Below, in pieces: positions 12,113 through 21,478 of a stretch of DNA of 64,000 bases; positions within the stretch are counted from its first letter, which is position 1; each line of letters begins with the position of its first letter. The notes beneath the pieces were generated by a model. That model saw only the letters and a program-made list of their open reading frames with translations, ran no database searches and was not told where the DNA came from. This DNA comes from Brevundimonas sp. (GTDB lineage Bacteria; Pseudomonadota; Alphaproteobacteria; Caulobacterales; Caulobacteraceae), in NCBI RefSeq assembly GCF_965279155.1, contig NZ_OZ257138.1, forward strand, positions 313,210-377,209, written 5' to 3'. A program made the position numbers and the translations under genes.

Positions 12113-12420
12113 CGGGGCGGGCCGGGCTCGGGCGACAAAAGCCGACCAGCAGGCATGTCGATCAACACGGCGGCGAGACGCGCGGGTGAAACCTTCAAGC
12201 CGGACAGGGGCGCGGGATCCAGTGTCGGCGTCGCCACGCAGGCGACGCAGCAGATCATCGCCTTCATGGCCTTGGGGGCGTGACTGGGGGCCTCTTCCGG
12301 CATGGGTTGGCCTGTTTCATGACAGGGCGCGGCGGCAGGCGACGCGGACGCGCCGACCGTGCCGAGCGCCAGCACCGCCAGGGCGCCGATCAGCAGCAAC
12401 AGGGATTGAAGGATTTTCAC
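12097..12420 (-). CDS. CutF/CruR (DUF2946)-like metal-responsive leader peptide
   Basis: Sec signal peptide, CHE...M and CCVAC Cys motif, C-terminal PEPGPPR; 56 nt upstream of a metal-motif gene. Confidence 0.7.
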   Translation of the reverse strand: MKILQSLLLLIGALAVLALGTVGASASPAAAPCHETGQPMPEEAPSHAPKAMKAMICCVACVATPTLDPAPLSGLKVSPARLAAVLIDMPAGRLLSPEPGPPRLLIV

Positions 12421-12459
12421 CGCGTCAGGATAGGCGTCGGGGCGATGCGTCGCAATGCG

Positions 12460-13026
12460 TCAACGGGTCGGCTTCTTGTCCACCAGCGGCAGACCAGGCG
12501 CGTCGGGTGCGACCGAACCCCCTTGGCCCAGCGCCCGCTGCATGAAGACGACATCGCGCCAGTCGTCATGCTTCCATCCTGCCGCCTTGAACACGCCCGC
12601 GTCGGTGAAGCCGCGCGTGCGATGCAGGGCGATGGAGCCTGTGTTCTCGGAATCGCCGATCACCGCCACCATCTGACGAAGCCCCATCGCCTCGCAGCGC
12701 GCGATCAGCGCATCGAGAAGGGCGCCGGCGACGCCGCGTCCCCTGGCCCAGGGCGCGACATAGATCGAGTCCTCGACCATGTAGCGATAGGCCTGACGGG
12801 TTCGAAACGGGCCGGCATAGGCGTAGCCGGCGACCGCGCCGTCGATCTCGACCACAAGTCGCGGCAGGCCGAGAGCTTCGACCCCGGCTAGCCGGGACGC
12901 CATTTCGATCTCGTCAGGCGCCTCCAGCTCGAAGGTGCCGCGACCATTGGCGACGCTCTCGGCATAGATGGCCGTTATAGCGGCGATGTCGTCAGGACGG
13001 GCGTCGCGAACCGTCGGTGCGCTCAC
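12460..13026 (-). CDS. GNAT N-acetyltransferase (phosphinothricin/YncA-like)
   Basis: VRDARPDD...IYAESV, GYAYAGPFR, VEDSIYV, RGRGVAGALL, SIALH; GTG start overlaps ptrB stop. Confidence 0.85.
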   Translation of the reverse strand: MSAPTVRDARPDDIAAITAIYAESVANGRGTFELEAPDEIEMASRLAGVEALGLPRLVVEIDGAVAGYAYAGPFRTRQAYRYMVEDSIYVAPWARGRGVAGALLDALIARCEAMGLRQMVAVIGDSENTGSIALHRTRGFTDAGVFKAAGWKHDDWRDVVFMQRALGQGGSVAPDAPGLPLVDKKPTR

Positions 13027-15242
13027 GCCTTCTCCCAGCCCTTGTCGATGGCCCAGACGGCGAAGGCGTAGTCGTGGGCGACTTCCTTCAGATAGTCGAA
13101 CCGGCCGGCGGCGCCGCCATGACCCGCTTCCATATTGATCTTCAGCAGCACCGGCTTGCCCGAGGTGGTCGCGGGTCGCAGCTTGGCGACCCACTTCTCC
13201 GGCTCCCAGTAGGTGACCCGCGGATCAGACAGGCCGCCGGTGGCCAGCACCGCCGGATAGGCCTTGGCCTCGACCTGATCGTAGGGACTGTAGCTGAGCA
13301 TATAATCGTAGGCCGCCGGATCCTCGATGGGATTGCCCCATTCAGGCCATTCCGGCGGCGTCAGCGGCAGTGAGGTGTCGCTCATCGTGTTGATGACGTC
13401 GACGAACGGCACCTGACCGATGATTCCGGCCCACAGGTCGGGCCGCATGTTGTTGACGGCCCCCATCAAGAGGCCGCCCGCCGATCCGCCCTGGGCGACG
13501 ATGTTTCCGGTCGCGGCGTATTTGCGGTCGATCAGATGTTCGGCGGCGGCGATGAAGTCGGTGAAAGTGTTCTTCTTCGTCATCTTCCTCGCATCGAGGA
13601 ACCAGCCCCAGCCCTTGTCGGACCCGCCACGAATGTGGGCGATGGCGTAGATCCAGCCACGATCAACCAGCGAGAGCCGATTGGTCGAGAAGCTGGCCGG
13701 CATGGGGATTCCGTACGAGCCGTAGCCATAGAGCAGCAGCGGTGCGGAGCCATCGACCGGCGTCGATTTGCGACGCAACACCGTGACTGGCACCAGTTGT
13801 CCGTCCGAAGCGGGGGCGTTCAGCCGCTCGACGACATAGTCCGCGATGTTGTGGCCAGACGGAATCTCCTGCGTCTTGCGCAGCGTCCGCTCGCGCGTCG
13901 CCATGTCGTAGTCGAAGGTCTGGGTCGGAGTTGACGGCGAGTTGTAGGCGTAGCGAGTGTTCGTCGTCTCGAACTCGGATGCGCCGGCCAGCGACAGGGC
14001 GAAGGCGGGTTCGTCGACGGCGATCTCGTGCTCCTCGCCGGCGCGGTCGCGGATGATGATGCGCGTGTTGGCGTCGGCGCGTTCCTGGCGCGCCAGGTGG
14101 TCGTTGGTCAGATCCAGGCCTTCGATGAAACGACCGGGCGTGTGCGGGACCAGGTCGGTCCAGTTCGCCTTCGACGGCGTCGCCGTCGGAGCCTGAACGA
14201 TCTTGAAGTCGATGGCGTCGTCGGCGTTGGTGCGGATCACCCAGCGGTCGCCCCAGTGATCGGCGTCATAGCGAATGGCGACCACGCGCGGCTCCAGCAC
14301 CACGGGTTCGGCCATCGGCGTGGCGGCGGGGATATAGCGCGCCTCGGACGTTTCCTGGTTCTGGATGCCGATGACGATGAATTGATCGTCGGCCGTGCGT
14401 CCGACGCCGATGAACATGCCGTCGTCGGCCTCTTCATAGACCAGGGTGGTTTCGCCGCCGCGAGCCGGGCGACGGAAGATCTTGTCGGGGCGGCCGTTGT
14501 CGTCGCGATTGGTCCAGAAGATCCACTGGCTGTCGGGAGAGAAGACGAAGTCGCCGGTGGCGCTGTCGATCACGGCGGGCAGGACTTCGCCGGTCGCCAG
14601 ATCCTTGACGTATATCTTGTGGACCTCGGAACCCTGCGCATCCTCGGAATAGGCGAACAGGCTGTGATCCGGGCTGTGGCTCGCGGCCGAGACTTCGGAA
14701 TAGGCCTTGCCCTGGGCCAGTTCGTTGGCGTCCAGCAGCAGTTGGGGCGTGGGGGCCATGACGAAGTTTTTCGTCACCGGCTGACCATCGACCATCCACG
14801 TGCCCTGGCGTTCGACGCGCATGTAACGGGGATGCTGATCGCCCGTCTGGTATTCGACGTAGTAGTTCCAGCCGCCGTCCGGGGCCGGAACCGAGCTGTC
14901 GTCCTCTTTGATGCGGCCTCGCATCTCGGTGAACATCGTCTGCTGCAGGGGCAGGGTGGAGGCCATCATGGCCTCGCGATAGGCGTTTTCGGCCGTCAGA
15001 TGCTCCTTGACCTCGGCCTTGATCAGGGTCGGATCGCGCAGCACGGCCTGCCAGTTATCGTCCTTCATCCACTGATAGTCGTCGGTCCGGGTGCGGCCCA
15101 GCTGCTCGGTGACGACGGGAATCTTCTTGGCGACGGGCGGTTGAGGCATGGGAGATCCGGTGGACTGGCGGGCGAGCGCGGGGGAGGCCGAGGCGGCAAG
15201 CGCCGTCGCAGCGGTGGACATTATCAATTGCCGACGATTCAT
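13023..15242 (-). CDS. ptrB: Oligopeptidase B (S9A) with Tat-type signal peptide
   Basis: MNRRQLIMS signal; DDYQWMKD, LYGYGSYG, GGSAGGLLMGA catalytic Ser, DPRV, GHGG. Confidence 0.92.
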   Translation of the reverse strand: MNRRQLIMSTAATALAASASPALARQSTGSPMPQPPVAKKIPVVTEQLGRTRTDDYQWMKDDNWQAVLRDPTLIKAEVKEHLTAENAYREAMMASTLPLQQTMFTEMRGRIKEDDSSVPAPDGGWNYYVEYQTGDQHPRYMRVERQGTWMVDGQPVTKNFVMAPTPQLLLDANELAQGKAYSEVSAASHSPDHSLFAYSEDAQGSEVHKIYVKDLATGEVLPAVIDSATGDFVFSPDSQWIFWTNRDDNGRPDKIFRRPARGGETTLVYEEADDGMFIGVGRTADDQFIVIGIQNQETSEARYIPAATPMAEPVVLEPRVVAIRYDADHWGDRWVIRTNADDAIDFKIVQAPTATPSKANWTDLVPHTPGRFIEGLDLTNDHLARQERADANTRIIIRDRAGEEHEIAVDEPAFALSLAGASEFETTNTRYAYNSPSTPTQTFDYDMATRERTLRKTQEIPSGHNIADYVVERLNAPASDGQLVPVTVLRRKSTPVDGSAPLLLYGYGSYGIPMPASFSTNRLSLVDRGWIYAIAHIRGGSDKGWGWFLDARKMTKKNTFTDFIAAAEHLIDRKYAATGNIVAQGGSAGGLLMGAVNNMRPDLWAGIIGQVPFVDVINTMSDTSLPLTPPEWPEWGNPIEDPAAYDYMLSYSPYDQVEAKAYPAVLATGGLSDPRVTYWEPEKWVAKLRPATTSGKPVLLKINMEAGHGGAAGRFDYLKEVAHDYAFAVWAIDKGWEKA

Positions 15243-15323
15243 CGGTCGCTCCCCTGGATAGTCGAAGGGCCGAGTTTGGGCGCGGCGGGCGGCGAACGTC
15301 AAATGAAGAAAAGCAGCGACCCG

Positions 15324-17108
15324 TCAGCCCGCCAAGGCGTCCACCGTCATCCGTTGCAGCAGTTCGCCGCCTTGGCCGATGGCCGCCAGGCGGCTGGAGA
15401 CATGGCCCAGCACATTGGCGGCATAGACTTCGTAGAGATCCAGCTTGCCTTGCAGCCAGGCCGGATCGCCGTCCTGCGCATCCAGCTTCGCCTTGGCCGC
15501 CAGCGCGCCCTTGGACAGCATCCAGCCGCCGACGACGTCGCCCAGCAGTTTCAGATAGGCGTCGGCCGCCGCCAAGACGTCTGCCGCTGCATTTGGATCG
15601 GCCTTCTGATCCAGCAGCCAAAGGGTGGCGTCCTGAACCGCCTCGATGGCCGTCGCGAACCGTTCGACCGGCTTGCCGCTGTAGAGACCGCCGAGATCGA
15701 CCAAGGTCGCCTTCATGTCAGCGATCAGCGCCTTGGCGGATTCGCCGCCGTCCATCGAAAGCTTGCGCCCGACCAGGTCCATCGCCTGGATGCCATTGGT
15801 GCCTTCGTAGATCGGAGCAATGCGGGCGTCGCGATAGTATTGGGCCGCGCCGGTCTCCTCGATGAAGCCCATGCCGCCGTGGACCTGGATCCCCATCGAG
15901 GTAACTTCGCAGCCGACATCGGTGGACCAAGCCTTGGCGATGGGGGTGAACAGGTCTTCGCGACCCTTCCAGCGACGACGCTCCTCTTCGGTCCCGGCGT
16001 GCTTGGCCAGGTCGGCGGCGACACCTGTGGCCAGGCAGATGGCGCGGGCAGCCGAAATCTTGGCCTTCATCACGCTCAACATCCGGCGCACGTCGGGATG
16101 GTCGAAGATCGGGGCGTTGGCTTCGCCGGTCCAGACCGAACGGCCCTGGCGGCGGTCCAGCGCATAGGCGAGGGCGTGCTGGTAGGCGCGTTCGGCGATG
16201 CCGACGCCCTCGACGCCGACGGCCAGGCGGGCGGCGTTCATCATCACAAACATATGGGCCAGACCCTGGTTCGGTTGACCAACCAGTTCGGCGGTCGCGC
16301 CTTCATAGCTCATGACGCAGGTGGGCGAGGCGTGGATGCCCAGCTTGTGCTCGACCCCGACCGGGCGGAAGGCGTTGCGGTCCCCCAGGGTCCCGTCGTC
16401 ATTGACCGCGAATTTGGGCGTCAGGAACAGGCTGATGCCTTTCGGCCCCTTGGGTGCGTCTGGCAGGCGGGCCAGCACCAGATGGACGATGTTGTCGGTA
16501 GCGTCGTGATCGCCCCAGGTGATGTAGATTTTCTGGCCATTCAGGGCGTAGGTGCCGTCGCCATTCGGCGTCGCCGTGGTGATCAAAGAGCCAAGATCGG
16601 AGCCTGCGCCCGGCTCCGTCAGGACCATGGCGCCCGTCCATTCGCCGCTGACCAGTTTGGTCAGATATTTGGCCTTCTGCTCTTCCGTTCCCACCTGTTC
16701 CAGAGCCTCGATGGAGGCCAGCGACAGCATGGGACACAGGCCGAACGCCATGTTGGCGGCATGGACGGTTTCATATGCTGCCAGTTCCAGCGCCTTGGGC
16801 AGGGCCTGACCGCCGGCCTCGGTCGAGGCGGACAGGCCGGTCCAGCCGCCGGCCGCGAACTGGCGATAGGCGTCGGCGAAGCCCGGCGCGGCGGTGACCG
16901 AGCCATTGGCGTAGGTCGAACCCTTCTGGTCGCCGATCCGGTTCAACGGCGCCAGGACCTCTTCCGAGAACTGGCCCGCCGCTTCCAGCACGGCCAAAGC
17001 GACATCGGCGTCATAGTCGGGAAAGGCGCCGGTCGCCGCCACATCGGCCATGCCGGCCACCGCCTCCAGGGTGAAGGCCAGGTCTCGAACGGGGGCGCGG
17101 TAGGTCAT
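15324..17108 (-). CDS. Acyl-CoA dehydrogenase
   Basis: MTYRAPVRD, WTGAMVLTEPGAGSDL, GQKIYITWG, EHKLGIHASPTC, IYEGTNGIQAMDL. Confidence 0.92.
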   Translation of the reverse strand: MTYRAPVRDLAFTLEAVAGMADVAATGAFPDYDADVALAVLEAAGQFSEEVLAPLNRIGDQKGSTYANGSVTAAPGFADAYRQFAAGGWTGLSASTEAGGQALPKALELAAYETVHAANMAFGLCPMLSLASIEALEQVGTEEQKAKYLTKLVSGEWTGAMVLTEPGAGSDLGSLITTATPNGDGTYALNGQKIYITWGDHDATDNIVHLVLARLPDAPKGPKGISLFLTPKFAVNDDGTLGDRNAFRPVGVEHKLGIHASPTCVMSYEGATAELVGQPNQGLAHMFVMMNAARLAVGVEGVGIAERAYQHALAYALDRRQGRSVWTGEANAPIFDHPDVRRMLSVMKAKISAARAICLATGVAADLAKHAGTEEERRRWKGREDLFTPIAKAWSTDVGCEVTSMGIQVHGGMGFIEETGAAQYYRDARIAPIYEGTNGIQAMDLVGRKLSMDGGESAKALIADMKATLVDLGGLYSGKPVERFATAIEAVQDATLWLLDQKADPNAAADVLAAADAYLKLLGDVVGGWMLSKGALAAKAKLDAQDGDPAWLQGKLDLYEVYAANVLGHVSSRLAAIGQGGELLQRMTVDALAG

Positions 17109-17227
17109 GGGTTTCCTCAATCGTCGTTGCGGCCTAAGTGCCGCGTCGGGGCCGGTCGCTGCAAGCGTCTTGGCGACGCGCCCCATCTAGGTACAAGGTG
17201 ACGTAGTGCCGTGACGGAAGGGAAGAC

Positions 17228-17779
17228 ATGGGCGAGCCCCGCAATCGATATTCGACAGTTTCCCTGCTGTTTCACTGGGGTATCGCTCTGGCCGTTCTGA
17301 TCCAGGTGCTGCTGATCACGGCGCATGAGAATACGGAAGGGCCGATTTCGGGCCAGTTCGTGATGCTGCACAAGTCGCTGGGCCTGACGATCCTGACGCT
17401 GACCCTGGCGCGGATCGGCTGGCGGCTGGCCCATCCGGCCATTCCTTTGCCCTCCGGTCTGCCGCGCTGGCAGCGCATCGGCGCACGCGTCAGCCATGTG
17501 CTGTTCTATCTGGCGCTCATCTTCATTCCCATGACCGGCTGGCTGGCGTCTTCGGCCGGCGGGCGTGCGATCGAATGGTTCGGCCTGTTCGCCTGGCCGC
17601 TGCTGCCCATCGGCGGCGGGCGCGATGCGGCGCGCAGCCTGATGGGGCTGCATGGGCTGGCGGTGAAGGGGCTGTATGTCCTGATCGCGCTGCATGTTCT
17701 GGCGGCGCTGAAGCATCAGTTCATCGACCGGGACAATGTGCTGCACCGGATGATCCCGATCATCCCTCGCCGACCGTGA
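17228..17779 (+). CDS. Cytochrome b561 (YceJ/CybB-like)
   Basis: Four TM helices with heme His residues: FHW, LHKSLG, SHVLFY, LHGL, LHVLAALKHQ. Confidence 0.88.
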   Translation: MGEPRNRYSTVSLLFHWGIALAVLIQVLLITAHENTEGPISGQFVMLHKSLGLTILTLTLARIGWRLAHPAIPLPSGLPRWQRIGARVSHVLFYLALIFIPMTGWLASSAGGRAIEWFGLFAWPLLPIGGGRDAARSLMGLHGLAVKGLYVLIALHVLAALKHQFIDRDNVLHRMIPIIPRRP

Positions 17780-18693
17780 GCGAGACCCCGGATCAGGCGG
17801 CGCAGGCGCTGGCGAACGGCGATTTGATCCTGCTGCCGACCGAGACGGTCTATGGGCTGGGCGCCGATGCGGGCAATGCCCAAGCGGTCGCGGCCATCTT
17901 CGCAGCCAAGGGACGGCCGAGGTTCAACCCGCTGATTTCCCACGTCGTCGATGCAGATGCGGCGGCTGCCATCGGAGTATTCGGTCCGGCGGCACGCGCC
18001 TTGGCCGAGACCTTCTGGCCCGGTCCGTTGACGCTCGTCACGCCGGTTCGGGACGCTACGCGCGTCTGCGATCTGGCCCGCGCCGGGTTGGACAGCGTGG
18101 CGATCCGCGTGCCGGCCCATCCGATGGCGAGGGCGGTGTTGGCGGCGTTCGGTGGTCCGGTCGTGGCGCCGTCAGCCAATCGCTCGGGAAGGCCCAGCCC
18201 GACGACGTTTTTCGATGCGGTGGACGAGACCGGCTTCGCGGTCGCCGCCGCGGTCGATGGCGGCCCTTGCCAGGTCGGGTTGGAGAGCACGGTCGTGTCG
18301 GTGCTGGGCGGACGTGTCGCCCTGCTGCGGCCGGGCGCTGTCACCCGGTCCGAGATCGAGGCTCTGGTCGGTCTGCTGGCGGACAGCGGGGAGGGGCATC
18401 GCTCACCTGGACGGTTGGCTCTGCATTACGCACCGAATGCCCCGGTCAGGATCAAGGCGCATGAGGCGAAGAGCGGCGAAATCCTGCTGGGGTTCGGCGC
18501 CGGCGTCGGAGATCCGCGCTGGAGTCTGAGTCCGTCTGGCGACCTGCGGGAAGCGGCGGCCAATCTGTTTCGGCTGTTGCGCGAGGCGGACCGGACCGAG
18601 CCGGTCGGGATCGCCGTTTCGCCTATCCCGATGACGGGACTGGGCGAGGCCATCAATGATCGGCTGAGGCGGGCGGCCGGCTTCGTCGGCTAG
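17776..18693 (+). CDS. tsaC: Threonylcarbamoyl-AMP synthase (Sua5/TsaC)
   Basis: PTETVYGLGADA, KGRPRFNPLISH, FWPGPLT, APSANRSG, SPGRLALHYAP. Confidence 0.92.
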   Translation: MSETPDQAAQALANGDLILLPTETVYGLGADAGNAQAVAAIFAAKGRPRFNPLISHVVDADAAAAIGVFGPAARALAETFWPGPLTLVTPVRDATRVCDLARAGLDSVAIRVPAHPMARAVLAAFGGPVVAPSANRSGRPSPTTFFDAVDETGFAVAAAVDGGPCQVGLESTVVSVLGGRVALLRPGAVTRSEIEALVGLLADSGEGHRSPGRLALHYAPNAPVRIKAHEAKSGEILLGFGAGVGDPRWSLSPSGDLREAAANLFRLLREADRTEPVGIAVSPIPMTGLGEAINDRLRRAAGFVG

Positions 18694-19757
18694 CCGAATC
18701 GGGCCTGTAGATCGACGCTGGACTGGCGGCCGACGCTTGCCAGACAGGTCTGCAACCAATCGTCGGCGGCGGCCCGACCGCGCGCCTTCAGGTCGTTAAG
18801 AAAGCTCCATTCGGTATTGAACTTGGATCGCAGCGACAGGTCCGACAGCCAGCCGTCCGCCTCGATGGCGTGCAGGCGGACGTGGCGATAGGGGCCTGAT
18901 CCGCCGCCCTTCAGCTGGCCGTGGGCGATCATCTCGCCGGCCAGGGCGATGGCGCGCAGTTCGGCGACCAGGGGGGCGTTGAAGACGATCTCGTTCAGCC
19001 GATCCACGATGTCGCCGGCGCTGCGGGGCGTCTCATCGCGCGCCAAGGGGTTCAGCGTCACCAGCAGCACGTCATCCGGTGTATCCTCGCCGGTCAGAGG
19101 CCAGAGCGGCGGATTGGTCAGATAGCCACCGTCCCAATAGAGCTCGCCGTCGATCTCGACCGCCTGGAACAGATGGGGCAGGCAGGCAGAAGCCATCAGG
19201 ACATCGGCGTTGATCTCGGACGTCTCGAAAAGCCGGGTCTTGCCTTGGCGGACAGCGGTGGCGGCGACGAACAGCCGTATATCCGAGGCCTGGACCGCAC
19301 CGAAATCGACCGCCGCCTTCAGCACCCGTTTCAGAGGATTGTGGTTCAGCGGGTTGAATTCATAGGGGCTCATGGACATCGCCAACGTCTCGCCGGCGCG
19401 CCAGAAGGGGTTGTCCTTGATCCAGTCGGGCGGCTGGGCGGCGTTCCACATCGCGCTGTCGCCAAAGACGTTTCGGCCGCCAGACTGGTTCACCTCGCGC
19501 CACAGCTTGTCCAGCGCTGCACGGGCGTCGCCGGTCGCAAGGCCGGACACCAGCGCCGCGCCGTTCATGGCGCCGGCCGACACGCCGGACACCGCACGGA
19601 CATCCAGTCGGTCGTCTTCCAGCAGTCGATCCAGCACGCCCCACTGAAAGGCGCCGTGCGCGCCGCCCCCCTGAAGAGCGAGACAGACGGGGCGACGGCC
19701 CGTGAGATCAGGCAGATCTTCCGCCGGTTGGGCGGTCTTGCGTTTGAAGATCGCCAT
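18690..19757 (-). CDS. Patatin-like phospholipase/esterase
   Basis: GGGAHGAF, GVSAG nucleophile elbow, WDGG. Confidence 0.88.
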   Translation of the reverse strand: MAIFKRKTAQPAEDLPDLTGRRPVCLALQGGGAHGAFQWGVLDRLLEDDRLDVRAVSGVSAGAMNGAALVSGLATGDARAALDKLWREVNQSGGRNVFGDSAMWNAAQPPDWIKDNPFWRAGETLAMSMSPYEFNPLNHNPLKRVLKAAVDFGAVQASDIRLFVAATAVRQGKTRLFETSEINADVLMASACLPHLFQAVEIDGELYWDGGYLTNPPLWPLTGEDTPDDVLLVTLNPLARDETPRSAGDIVDRLNEIVFNAPLVAELRAIALAGEMIAHGQLKGGGSGPYRHVRLHAIEADGWLSDLSLRSKFNTEWSFLNDLKARGRAAADDWLQTCLASVGRQSSVDLQARFG

Positions 19758-19775
19758 GGTCGCCCCAGTCTGAAA

Positions 19776-20624
19776 TTATTGAGCGGTCCAACCGCCGTCG
19801 ATGGAGAAACTGGCCCCGTTCGCCGAGGCGCCGAGATCGCTGACCAGATAGAGGAAAATGCCGGTCAGTTCGTCCGTGGTCACGAATCGCTTGGTCGGCT
19901 GGGCGGCCAGGATGATGTCGGTCAGCACCTGCTCCTCGGTCATGTTGCGGGTGCGGGCCTGGTCCGCGATTTGTTTCGTCACGATCGGCGTCTCTACGAA
20001 GCCGGGGCAGATGGCGTTGCAGGTGATGTTGTCCCGCGCCAGTTCCAGCGCCACCGTCTTGGTGAAGCCGATGACGCCGTGCTTTGCTGCGACATAGGCG
20101 GACTTGAACGGACTGGCGACCAGCCCGTGGGCAGAGGCCATGTTGACGATCCGGCCGTGCCCTTGCGCCTTCATGATCGGGATCGCGGCGCGCGTGGCGT
20201 AAAAGGCCGACGACAGGTTGATGGCGATGATCTTCTCCCACTGGTCGGTGGGGAATTTCTCGACCGATTCGACGTGCTGGATGCCGGCGTTGTTGACCAG
20301 AATGTCCAGGCGGCCCAGCTCGCTTTGGGCGAAGGCGACCATGTCCGCAATCTCTTCGCCGCGCGTCATGTCGGCGGGATGATAGTGGACACGGACCCCA
20401 GACGAGGCTTCCAACTTGGCGCGCGTGCGCTCGATCTCGGCCGGATCGCCCAGGCCGTTCAGGACGACGTCGCCACCCCCCGCCGCTACGGCTCGCGCCA
20501 GGGCCAGGCCGATGCCGGAGGTCGAGCCGGTCACAATTGCAACCTGGCCCTTCAGGTCGCCAATGTTGCGGAACGTCGGCGTCTCGCCGTCGGCGTCCGT
20601 GGATGCATTAGGCCGTTGCGACAT
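19776..20624 (-). CDS. bdhA: D-3-hydroxybutyrate dehydrogenase
   Basis: TGSTSGIG, NNAGIQHV, SAHGLVASPFKSAYVAAKHG, ICPGFV. Confidence 0.9.
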   Translation of the reverse strand: MSQRPNASTDADGETPTFRNIGDLKGQVAIVTGSTSGIGLALARAVAAGGGDVVLNGLGDPAEIERTRAKLEASSGVRVHYHPADMTRGEEIADMVAFAQSELGRLDILVNNAGIQHVESVEKFPTDQWEKIIAINLSSAFYATRAAIPIMKAQGHGRIVNMASAHGLVASPFKSAYVAAKHGVIGFTKTVALELARDNITCNAICPGFVETPIVTKQIADQARTRNMTEEQVLTDIILAAQPTKRFVTTDELTGIFLYLVSDLGASANGASFSIDGGWTAQ

Positions 20625-20677
20625 GGGTCCGCCCTTAGGTTCGTCGTGGGGAGATTAGCGTCAGGACGGGTCGGGGA

Positions 20678-21478
20678 TCAAGAATTTCCCGATCTGATGA
20701 ATATCCATTCGCTTTCGGTGGATGCGGCCTTGTCGAACTTGTAACCGTCGCGGTCGAAAGCCTTCAGGTCCACGACGCGTTCCACGCGCTCGTCGATAGC
20801 GAAGCGCGCCATGGCGCCGCGCGCCTTCTTGGCAAAGAAGGAGATGATGCGGCTCTCGCCGTTCTTCTCTTCGCGAAACTGCGGCGTGACGATCGGCAGC
20901 TTAAGCGCCTTGGCGTCCACGGCGCCGAAATATTCCTGGCTGGCCAGGTTCACCAACGTCGGATCAGCCTGACCTTCAGCATCGGCGTTCAACTGCTTGG
21001 AGATCCGCTCGCCCCAGAAGTCGTAGAGGCTGGATCCGCGCCGGGTTTTCAGCCGTGTGCCCATCTCCAGGCGATAGGGCTGGATCCGGTCCAGCGGACG
21101 CAGCAGGCCGTAGAAGCCCGACAGGATGCGCAGATGATCCTGGGCATAGGTGAGCGCCTTGGCGTCGAGTTCGCGCGCTTTCAGCCCCTCATAGACGTCG
21201 CCGGCGAAGGCGAAGGCGGCCTGGACGCCATCGGTCGATTCGGAATCGAAGGCCTTGAATCGGGCGACGTTCAGCGTCGCCAGGTCGTCCGAAATGCCCA
21301 TCAGGCGGCGAAGATCGGCCTTTGTCTGACGCCGCGCGGTCGTCGCCAGGCTGGCGGTGTCTTCGGCGAATCGACGCTCAGTGCCGGGAAGCGCTGGATC
21401 GGCCTCGGTGAAGTCGAGCCGTTTGGCGGGAGAGAGAACGATCAGCAATTGGCGGCTCCGTTGCAGCGCCGCTGACAT
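20678..21478 (-). CDS. yaaA: Peroxide stress protein YaaA (start uncertain; TTG at 21448 also possible)
   Basis: IVLSPAK, LSGFYGLLRPLD, YRLEMG, VNLASQEY, AKKARG. Confidence 0.9.
   Translation of the reverse strand: MSAALQRSRQLLIVLSPAKRLDFTEADPALPGTERRFAEDTASLATTARRQTKADLRRLMGISDDLATLNVARFKAFDSESTDGVQAAFAFAGDVYEGLKARELDAKALTYAQDHLRILSGFYGLLRPLDRIQPYRLEMGTRLKTRRGSSLYDFWGERISKQLNADAEGQADPTLVNLASQEYFGAVDAKALKLPIVTPQFREEKNGESRIISFFAKKARGAMARFAIDERVERVVDLKAFDRDGYKFDKAASTESEWIFIRSGNS

Noticed and set aside
14028-17201. 1057-aa plus-strand ORF and similar long antisense ORFs (e.g. 5340-7022, 8805-10487, 18921-20744, 44841-46406)
   Set aside because: Shadow frames opposite well-supported genes, expected in high-GC DNA; no protein-like motifs.
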